Source: an uncultured Acidobacteriota bacterium
GTDB taxonomy: Bacteria > Acidobacteriota > Thermoanaerobaculia > Gp7-AA8
Reading direction: 5' to 3'
Length of the DNA: 64,000 bases
Assembly: GCA_963741955.1 (NCBI GenBank)
Contig: CAVUKB010000006.1
Location: forward strand, 32,001-96,000
A program made the position numbers and the translations under genes. The notes below the pieces were generated by a model. The model saw only the letters and a list, made by a program, of their open reading frames with translations. It ran no database searches and had not been told where the DNA came from. Position 1 is the stretch's first letter. Each line of letters opens with the position of its first letter. Positions 56,826 through 64,000 of this stretch are shown piece after piece.

Positions 56826-57757
56826 AGCTGGACGTCGAGAGAGTCCGCATCGTGGAGGTCGGCCCCCGCGACGGCCTGCAGAACGAGAGAGTGGTCATCC
56901 CCACCGAGGCGAAGGTGGCGATGATCGATGCACTGACGGATGCCGGACTGCAGGTGATCGAGGCCGGCGCGTTCGTCCATCCGAAATGGGTTCCGCAGAT
57001 GGCCGATACCGCAGAGGTGTACCGGGCGATCCGGAAAGCGCCCGGAGTCGACTACCCCGTCCTCGTACCGAACATGAAAGGGCTCGATCGGGCGCTCGAG
57101 AACGAAGTCGAGTCGATCGCCATATTCACCGCGGCCTCGGATACGTTCAACAAACGCAACATCAACATGTCCATCGACGAGTCGTTCGAGAACTACGCCC
57201 CGGTTGCGCGCCGCGCGTTGCAGGAAGGGATGAAGTTGCGCGGCTACGTCTCGTGTGCGTGCGGCTGCCCGTACGAAGGGATGGTCGAGCCCGAGCGGGT
57301 TCTGGAAGTGACGGCGCGTCTTCTCGATCTCGGCTGCTACGAAGTCTCGATCGGCGACACCATCGGGGTCGGCACGCCGATGCAGGTGCAGGGCCTCACC
57401 GGGCTTCTCCTTCAGGTGATTCCCGCATCACGTCTCGCGATGCACTTCCACGACACGCGAGGGATGGCGGTTGCGAACACCCTCGCCGCGCTCGAAGCGG
57501 GGATCACCACGTTCGACGCCTCCGCAGGAGGACTCGGTGGATGTCCATTCGCGCCCGGAGCGTCGGGAAACATGGCCACCGAAGATCTGGTGTATCTGCT
57601 GGAGAGCCTCGCCATCGAGACGGGGGTCGATCTCGAGAAGCTGATCGTGGCTTCGGAGATCATCGCTCCGTACCTCGATCACCCGCTTCCGGGGCGCGTG
57701 CTGCAGGCGAGCACCCGCGGGACGCTCCGAACCGGCACGAAGAGTGTCGTACAATAA
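56822..57757 (+). CDS. hmgL: Hydroxymethylglutaryl-CoA lyase
   Basis: EVGPRDGLQNE, PKWVPQMAD, DTIGVG, HFHDTRG, GGCPFAPGASGN.ATED. Confidence 0.96.
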   Translation: MKLDVERVRIVEVGPRDGLQNERVVIPTEAKVAMIDALTDAGLQVIEAGAFVHPKWVPQMADTAEVYRAIRKAPGVDYPVLVPNMKGLDRALENEVESIAIFTAASDTFNKRNINMSIDESFENYAPVARRALQEGMKLRGYVSCACGCPYEGMVEPERVLEVTARLLDLGCYEVSIGDTIGVGTPMQVQGLTGLLLQVIPASRLAMHFHDTRGMAVANTLAALEAGITTFDASAGGLGGCPFAPGASGNMATEDLVYLLESLAIETGVDLEKLIVASEIIAPYLDHPLPGRVLQASTRGTLRTGTKSVVQ

Positions 57758-57765
57758 GCTCATCC

Positions 57766-58257
57766 ATGGCCCCCGATCCGCGCGCGGCGACGAGCTCGAA
57801 CGCTTCTGAGCGATCCGAAGCCCGGCCTGCGTTCGCGCGCCCGGGGTGGCGCGACGGCTGGTACGTCGTCCCGTGGGAAGTGACCTGGCGCGACGTCGAC
57901 GCGATGGGACACGTCAACAACGCCGTCTACTTCACCTACTTCGAATGGGCGCGGACGAAGTACTGGATGGCGCTGGAAGGAATCGGCGACCCGCACGACA
58001 TCGGCTTCATCGTCGCCCACGCCGCGTGCGACTTCCGCGCGGAGCTCTCGCTGCTCGAGCGAATCGAGATCCGGGTGCGGATCGGCTCCATCGGAACGAG
58101 CTCTCTCGAGTTCCAGAGTGAGATCGCCTCGGAAACTGGCGGGAAAATTGCCGCTACGGGAAGAGTGGTCGTGGTGCTCTTCGATTGGGCATCGCGAGCG
58201 AAGATCCCCGTCTCGGAAGAACTGAGGGGAAGGATCGAACGCTTTCAGAGCGCTTGA
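57766..58257 (+). CDS. Acyl-CoA thioesterase (4HBT/YbgC family)
   Basis: V.WRDVDAMGHVNNAVY.TYFE.AR. Confidence 0.92.
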   Translation: MAPDPRAATSSNASERSEARPAFARPGWRDGWYVVPWEVTWRDVDAMGHVNNAVYFTYFEWARTKYWMALEGIGDPHDIGFIVAHAACDFRAELSLLERIEIRVRIGSIGTSSLEFQSEIASETGGKIAATGRVVVVLFDWASRAKIPVSEELRGRIERFQSA

Positions 58258-58279
58258 TCGCGCACGAGGAGGAGAGTCG

Positions 58280-59137
58280 TTGACGCAGAGTGGTCGGGTC
58301 CTGACGCATCCGGCAGCCGCGCGAAAGCGGTTCGAGGAGCTGGCGCGCCTTCCCGACGAGATGCTCGACCTGGTCGAGGCCTCACTGGTGATCGCGCTCG
58401 AAGCGTATCCCGCGCTCGACATGGAGAGGTACTTCGATCAGATCGAGGCGTGGAGTCGCGCAATCCGGGAGCGGGTGGTCGGGAGCCACGACCTGGAACG
58501 GGTGATCGAGCAGGTCAACCATCTCCTCTTCGACGAAGAAGGATTCCACGGCGAGGCGGATGACTACTACGATCCGCGGAACGCATTTCTGAACGAAGTT
58601 CTCGACCGGCACGCCGGCCTTCCGATCGCGCTCTCGATTCTCTACCTGGAGATCTCCCGCCGGATCGGCATCGAGATGCGGGGGGTCGCACTCCCCGGCC
58701 GCTTCCTGGTACGCGCCGGCGAGGGGCTGGAAGAGATCCTGGTCGATCCGTTCGACGGAGGACGTGTCCTCACCCGAAGCGAATGTCAGAGCCTGATGGA
58801 CGCGATGTACGGCGGAGCGGTGCGGCTCGGTGAGCGGCATCTCCGTCCCTCCACCCGCCACGAGATTCTTCTTCGTGTCCTTGCGCATCTCAAAGCGCTC
58901 TATCTCTCCCGTCACGACGTGGAAGGGGCGCTCGCTTCCGTCGACCGCATCCTCATCCTCGACGACCATGATCCGTGGGAACTGCGCGACCGGGGACGTC
59001 TCGCGATGCAGTCGCACCGGTACGAAGAGGCGATCGAGTTCCTCAGCCGCTACCTCGATCTCGCCCCCTCCGCCGACGACTATCGGCAGGTTGCGGACGA
59101 GATCGATTATCTGCGCAGCTGGCTGGAGCGGAACTGA
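58280..59137 (+). CDS. SirB1/YchA-family transglutaminase-like TPR protein
   Basis: GF.G...DYYDPRN.FL..VL.R..GLPI.LS, PG.FL, DPFDGG, ELRDRG. Confidence 0.92.
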   Translation: MTQSGRVLTHPAAARKRFEELARLPDEMLDLVEASLVIALEAYPALDMERYFDQIEAWSRAIRERVVGSHDLERVIEQVNHLLFDEEGFHGEADDYYDPRNAFLNEVLDRHAGLPIALSILYLEISRRIGIEMRGVALPGRFLVRAGEGLEEILVDPFDGGRVLTRSECQSLMDAMYGGAVRLGERHLRPSTRHEILLRVLAHLKALYLSRHDVEGALASVDRILILDDHDPWELRDRGRLAMQSHRYEEAIEFLSRYLDLAPSADDYRQVADEIDYLRSWLERN

Positions 59138-59298
59138 GGTGGTACGCTGCAGGAGTGGACCGCAAAGTGAGACCGATCCAGCCGGGTTCCGCCTGCCACG
59201 AACCACGACCTCGAACCTCCAACCCCTGAGCCCACAACAGCATAACGATCTGCTAGAATGAGCCACTTCTTATTTGTGCCTACAGGAGAGCGGACCGC

Positions 59299-60000
59299 TT
59301 GATCACCGGCTTCAATACCGACATCAGGCACAACGACAGGATCTTCCACATCCAGACCGAGGACAAGGGACTCAACAATCCCTACATCGAGTCGCTCGTG
59401 TACGTGGGTGGGGAGATTCTGGCGTCCAAGAAGACTTCGTACGTCGAACACGTCAATCCCGGTGCGCCCATCGACGAGAAGCTGATCGCCAGCATGATGG
59501 AGCACCAGCACCGGACCATGATCGCCGCGATCAAACGCGGCAAGCTCGATTCGATGTCCGATGCGAACATCGCCAGAACGAAGGCGATGCCGGCGAAAAC
59601 CGTTTTTCAGCCGCAGCCGGAACCGGTCGTCGCGGACGAAGAGAAGACGCTCGATCAGGTGATCATCGATTACCTCGCGTCCGAAGCGGAGCGGGAACAC
59701 CTCGAGCTGACGCTCCACAACGTGACGGACTTCATCGCCGGTCATCCGATCGAGCTGCGTGTCGCTGCCCAGAAAAGCATCTCGCAGCAGCCGATCGCCG
59801 AAGCAGTGATCGAAGTCAAAGTCATTTCGACCGTCGAAGCTCCGCGGGTGATCTTCCGCGGGCGGACGGCCGACGACGGTACATGTCAGGTCCGCTGCAC
59901 CGTCCCCACCTTCCGCGAAGGGACCGCCGCAGTGATCATTTCGGCCCAGAGTCCCCTCGGAAATGATGAGGTCAAGCAGCTCGTCAAGCGCAGGAAATGA
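59299..60000 (+). CDS. Conserved hypothetical protein
   Basis: MITGFNTDI...HIQTEDKG..NP.IESLVY..G.IL...KTSY...QH N-terminus; KTLDQVI.DYL; Ig-like C-terminus. Confidence 0.8.
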   Translation: MITGFNTDIRHNDRIFHIQTEDKGLNNPYIESLVYVGGEILASKKTSYVEHVNPGAPIDEKLIASMMEHQHRTMIAAIKRGKLDSMSDANIARTKAMPAKTVFQPQPEPVVADEEKTLDQVIIDYLASEAEREHLELTLHNVTDFIAGHPIELRVAAQKSISQQPIAEAVIEVKVISTVEAPRVIFRGRTADDGTCQVRCTVPTFREGTAAVIISAQSPLGNDEVKQLVKRRK

Positions 60001-60209
60001 GTGAATCCCTGAACATTCAGCTCAACGGTCAGCCCCGCGAGGTTCCGGCCGGCTCGACCCTAGGCGATCTGATCTCGGAGCTCGGTGTCGACGTGAACCT
60101 CCTCGCGGTCGAGCTCAACCAGAAGATCGTCCCTCGAAGCGAGCTTTCCGGGCGGGGTATCTCGGAGGGTGACCAGATCGAGATCGTCGAATTCGTCGGC
60201 GGTGGATGA
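59997..60209 (+). CDS. thiS: Sulfur carrier protein ThiS
   Basis: 70 aa; AVELN..IV, GD.IEIV.FVGGG with C-terminal GG. Confidence 0.95.
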   Translation: MSESLNIQLNGQPREVPAGSTLGDLISELGVDVNLLAVELNQKIVPRSELSGRGISEGDQIEIVEFVGGG

Positions 60210-60248
60210 TCCGGGCCTGATTCCTGCTCACCGGAGCTGGCCGGAAGG

Positions 60249-62684
60249 ATGCAATCGACGAGTTCGATGAAACGGCACAGACTCTCTTCCGCGCTGCTCA
60301 TTCTGCTGGCACTGGCGATCCTCAGCTACCTGATGATCAGCCTCTATCTCCCGTCATCCAGCAGATTGATCCTCGGTGTCGACAAGCAGACCGGCGCGAT
60401 CCGCATGGCGAGCTCCAACGTCACGTTTCTCCCCCCGAACCGCTATTACAGGATGGTGTTCGATCTCCGCAACGGGACGCCGCAACGCGACGGCGTGGTC
60501 GTGGTCCGCTCCAGCGACGGAATCCCGGTCAAGGTCGCTTACCGGATCCGTTTCTCGATCGACCCCCGCGGGCTCGCCGACCCCGGGCGTCTGGTGGCGA
60601 ATGGATGGAGCGCCTGGATGCGCGCGCGCGTCGCGGAAGCAGTGTCGGCGGTGACTTCCCAGGTCCCGATTGAAGACCTGACCTCTCCGATGTCCACGTT
60701 CAGCGCGGAGCGAGACCGGCTCCGACGGGTGGTCGCGGATCATCTCGCACGGAGCGGGCTGCAAGTGAGCGCGTTCGAGATCCTGAGAATCGACGTCGAC
60801 CGCGACGCGCTCCTCGCATTTCAACGAACGCAGCTCCGGCGGAAGGCGCGCGGCGCATTCGGCCGCGTCGCGATCTTCGGAATCGACGGCGCGGACTGGA
60901 GCCTCCTGCACGAGCTGATCGTCGACGACCACATGCCGAACCTCTCGGCCATGATCGATGGGGGGGCGATCGCGAGCGTCACCACCATTCAACCGCCCGT
61001 TGCTCCGATGCTCTGGAGTGCGGTCGCGACCGGACTTCCTCCAGGGCGGAACGGAGTCGTCGACTGGATGGATCGAAGTCCGTCCGGAACGCAGGGCCCG
61101 GTGAACTCGCAATCGAGGCGGGCTCCCGCACTGTGGGAGATCGCCTCCGCATTCGGCAGAGACGTCGGAGTGGTCGACTGGTGGACGGACTGGCCTCCCG
61201 CCATGAATCGCGGCTTCGTCGTCTCCGAACCGCTCAACCCAGAGTTCCTCGTCTACCCCCCTTCGCTCGCGAAGTCGGCAGGACATCTGCGGGTTCCCGA
61301 GTCGACGATCGATTTCGGACAGGTGAAGAACTTTCTGAACATCAACCAGAACGAATTCGACGATGCGATCTCGAAGAACGACCCGGCTGATCCGATCATC
61401 GAATTCCGGCGGGTGCTCGCAAAGAGCTGGAGCGACCACCGCATCGCGATGAGCCTTTATCGTCGAGAGCAGCCGGAGCTTCTGATGTTCAACTTCGAAG
61501 GGAGCGATCTGGTCAATCATCTTTTCGGTCCGTATCACCCGCCGTGGCGGAGCGGACTGGACGGAACCAGCTTCCGTCGATACTGGCCTGCCGTGGTCTC
61601 GTACTACTCGGAGCTCGACAGGATGCTCGGCGAGTGGCTGAAGCTCCTGCCGCAGGACACCACCGTGATCGTGATGTCCGCTCACGGAATGGTCTGGGGA
61701 GACCAGCGCCCGCTGCAGCCGCCGAAAGCGGGCGAAGCACTTCAGGAGGACGACGCGCCGGGCGTCTTCATCGCGTTCGGAAATCGCGTCACCCATTCGC
61801 CGTCACGTCATGAGATGACGCTGTACGACGTCGCACCAACCGTGCTCGCGCTGCTCGGACTTCCGAAAGCGGAGGAGATGCCGGGCGAGATCACAGGGTG
61901 GGCGCTGAACGGAATCGAACCCGTGACTGCGATCCGGATCGTCAGTTACGGCGACTCGGTGACGACTCGGCCGCTGACCACCAGCGGTTCGGTCAGCCCC
62001 GCGGAGTACCAGCGGCAGCTGCAGCTCGCTGGTCACGTCGCGCCACCGAATGCACCGCCGTCGCCCGTCAATCTCGCCGCCACGACGACCACCGCGGCCC
62101 CGGACAATTCGCCGAAGTGGGGCGAGTACGCCTGGAACAACGACCAGGGAGTGAAGCTCTTCCAGCAGCGGAAGTACAAGGAAGCTTCGGATGCGTTCGA
62201 AAAAGCGATCGAGCTGTACCCGGACCGCCCTGCCGCGTACTACAACCTCACCGTTGCGCTGATCGAGCGCGGCGCTGTGAGTGACGCGGACGACGTGTTT
62301 CTCGCTGCGGTCAAGCGCGGTCTTCCAGACCCTGAGCAGCGTTTCGTCGACGTGGCTGCACTCTACCGGTCGAAGAACATGGTCACCCGGGCGATCGATC
62401 TGCTGCAGAGCGCTGAAGAGCTCTATCCGCAGTCGTTCCTGATCGCATCCGAGCTCGGCGCGTCGCTCGCCGCAGCAGATCGCTACACCGATGCAATGCC
62501 TGAGCTCCAGCGGGCGCTCTCGCTGCAACCGGTCTCGACGGACGTGCTCAACAACATCGGGACGGTTTTCCTGAAACGGAAAGATTACTCACGCGCTCTC
62601 GATTACTGGAACCGTTCGCTCTCGATCGACCCGCGTCAGCCGAAGATCCGCGCCGCGGCTCAGGCGGTGAGCCAACAGCTCTGA
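60249..62684 (+). CDS. Membrane-anchored SPFH-like, alkaline-phosphatase/NPP-like and TPR fusion protein
   Basis: N-terminal TM; SSDGIPV.V.Y SPFH-like segment; FGIDGADW...ATG, DVAPTVL.LLG; C-terminal TPRs. Confidence 0.78.
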   Translation: MQSTSSMKRHRLSSALLILLALAILSYLMISLYLPSSSRLILGVDKQTGAIRMASSNVTFLPPNRYYRMVFDLRNGTPQRDGVVVVRSSDGIPVKVAYRIRFSIDPRGLADPGRLVANGWSAWMRARVAEAVSAVTSQVPIEDLTSPMSTFSAERDRLRRVVADHLARSGLQVSAFEILRIDVDRDALLAFQRTQLRRKARGAFGRVAIFGIDGADWSLLHELIVDDHMPNLSAMIDGGAIASVTTIQPPVAPMLWSAVATGLPPGRNGVVDWMDRSPSGTQGPVNSQSRRAPALWEIASAFGRDVGVVDWWTDWPPAMNRGFVVSEPLNPEFLVYPPSLAKSAGHLRVPESTIDFGQVKNFLNINQNEFDDAISKNDPADPIIEFRRVLAKSWSDHRIAMSLYRREQPELLMFNFEGSDLVNHLFGPYHPPWRSGLDGTSFRRYWPAVVSYYSELDRMLGEWLKLLPQDTTVIVMSAHGMVWGDQRPLQPPKAGEALQEDDAPGVFIAFGNRVTHSPSRHEMTLYDVAPTVLALLGLPKAEEMPGEITGWALNGIEPVTAIRIVSYGDSVTTRPLTTSGSVSPAEYQRQLQLAGHVAPPNAPPSPVNLAATTTTAAPDNSPKWGEYAWNNDQGVKLFQQRKYKEASDAFEKAIELYPDRPAAYYNLTVALIERGAVSDADDVFLAAVKRGLPDPEQRFVDVAALYRSKNMVTRAIDLLQSAEELYPQSFLIASELGASLAAADRYTDAMPELQRALSLQPVSTDVLNNIGTVFLKRKDYSRALDYWNRSLSIDPRQPKIRAAAQAVSQQL

Positions 62685-62782
62685 TCCGCAGAATCGCGCG
62701 ACTCCGGAACGAGCCTGCTGCAGCGTCGTCGTCCGGCGAATTCGCGGACGCCACCCGAATCACTTCCGGATACACTGTCGAG

Positions 62783-63916
62783 ATGCCTTCGCTCACCTCC
62801 GACGAGCTCGCCCGCTACGCGAGACAGATCTCGCTTCCGCAGATCGGGCCGAAGGGACAGGAGATGCTCGCCCGCGCCTCCGTACTTCTCATCGGGGCAG
62901 GAGGACTGGGAAGCCCCGCCTCGCTCTACCTCGCCGCGGCAGGGGTCGGACGAATCGGCATCGCCGACGGCGACGTCGTCGACGCGAGCAACCTCCACCG
63001 GCAGGTGCTCCACTCGACCGCCACGGTCGGTGAATCGAAAGTCGACTCGGCACGAGAGCGTCTCACCTCGCTCAATCCTCACGTGCGGATCGAGACATTT
63101 CGATCCACCGTCACTTCTCAGAACGTGCGCGAGCTGATGGAAGCCTATGACCTCGTCCTCGACGGGAGCGACAACTTTCCGACGCGCTATCTCGTGAATG
63201 ACGCGGCGGTGCTCCTCGGGAAAACGAACATCTACGGATCCGTCTTTCGTTTCGATGGTCAGGCGTCCGTCTTCGCTCCGGGCGAGGGCCCGTGCTACCG
63301 CTGCCTCTACCCCGATCCTCCTCCTCCCGGCACGGTTCCATCATGTGAGGAGGGAGGGGTGCTGGGAGTCGTTCCGGGAATCATCGGAATGATTCAGGCC
63401 ACCGAGGCCGTGAAGCGCATCCTGGGGATCGGCACGAACCTGATCGGAAGGCTTCTTCTTTTCGATGCGCTGCAGATGAGGTTCCGTGAGATTAGAATAG
63501 CGCGCGTCGCCACGTGCCCCGTCTGCGGTGAGCGACCGACGATCACGTCACTGGTCGATTACGAACGGGTCTGCGGACCCGGAGAGGAAACAATGCTCAA
63601 TAGCGCAACGATCACACCTTCCGATCTCGCGGAACGGCTCCGGAAGGGCGAGAACATCAGGCTCATCGACTGCCGCGAACAGTGGGAATGGGACATGGGC
63701 CACATCGAGAAGGCAGAGTTGATTCCGGCCGGCAAACTGGCCCGGGACGTCAGCGGTTTCTCTCCCGTCGAAGAGATCGTCGTGTACTGCAGGAGCGGTG
63801 CGCGAAGCGGCCAGGTCGTCTCCATCATGCGCTCCGCAGGACTGAACGCGAAAAACATGCTGGGCGGGATTCTGCGCTGGTCGCACGACGTCGACCCGTC
63901 GATGCCGCGCTACTGA
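62783..63916 (+). CDS. moeB: MoeB/ThiF adenylyltransferase with C-terminal rhodanese (MoeZ type)
   Basis: RYARQ, GAGGLG, SNLHRQ, DGSDNFPTRY, CYRC, SC.EGGVLG, CPVC, rhodanese CRSGARS. Confidence 0.96.
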   Translation: MPSLTSDELARYARQISLPQIGPKGQEMLARASVLLIGAGGLGSPASLYLAAAGVGRIGIADGDVVDASNLHRQVLHSTATVGESKVDSARERLTSLNPHVRIETFRSTVTSQNVRELMEAYDLVLDGSDNFPTRYLVNDAAVLLGKTNIYGSVFRFDGQASVFAPGEGPCYRCLYPDPPPPGTVPSCEEGGVLGVVPGIIGMIQATEAVKRILGIGTNLIGRLLLFDALQMRFREIRIARVATCPVCGERPTITSLVDYERVCGPGEETMLNSATITPSDLAERLRKGENIRLIDCREQWEWDMGHIEKAELIPAGKLARDVSGFSPVEEIVVYCRSGARSGQVVSIMRSAGLNAKNMLGGILRWSHDVDPSMPRY

Positions 63917-64000
63917 GCTTCGCCGGACATCTCGCGGCCGAAGAGAACCACGACCGACTTTCCGCGCTCGCGCCGGGTGGTGCTCCCGTCGATCACGGCG
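63910..64000 (-). CDS. Probable 3' end of a gene truncated by the window edge
   Basis: Open frame ...AVIDGSTTRRERGKSVVVLFGREMSGEAQ-stop, converging on moeB. Confidence 0.35.
   Translation of the reverse strand, partial: AVIDGSTTRRERGKSVVVLFGREMSGEAQ

Noticed and set aside
59197-59226. Degenerate heptamer run (CACGAAC/TCGAACC-like)
   Set aside because: Only about 4 poorly matching units, too weak to link to the GAGGATC arrays.
1-64000. tRNA, rRNA, prophage, transposase or known defence system
   Set aside because: No recognisable signatures were found by eye; a divergent RNA gene could have been missed.

Overview
High-GC bacterial chromosomal window, most likely from an Acidobacteriota (Thermoanaerobaculia-like) genome. 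This is inferred from gene content and lineage-typical hypothetical proteins. It is mostly core genes: lipid A (waaA-lpxK-lpxL), hflX, ccsA-hemA-hemC-hemD, glgA, proS, pyrE, HMG-CoA lyase, thiS/moeB, a sigma54 two-component system, an M14 peptidase, a lytic transglycosylase and a propeller-GGDEF cyclase. It also carries a heme-c-fused cytochrome bd-like oxidase pair, a LigD polymerase domain and a three-adaptor ABC export cluster. I found no rRNA, tRNA, CRISPR array or transposase. The most unusual signal is four polarised intergenic arrays of the form TGAAAGGCATC-(GAGGATC)n between 51.6 and 55.7 kb. They alternate in orientation, each is anchored at a stop codon or promoter and points away from the gene, and the first pair encloses a G-tract run and a small three-way-junction sequence. 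Other items worth checking: a chimeric scar next to ligD (fpg remnant joined to an opposite-strand HExxH fragment, with exact inverted repeats), a C8-tract frameshift, an unannotated 42-aa gene behind a sigma54 motif, a candidate structured ncRNA, and an apparently catalytically degenerate SPFH-phosphodiesterase-TPR protein between thiS and moeB. All calls come from reading the sequence by eye; no searches were run.
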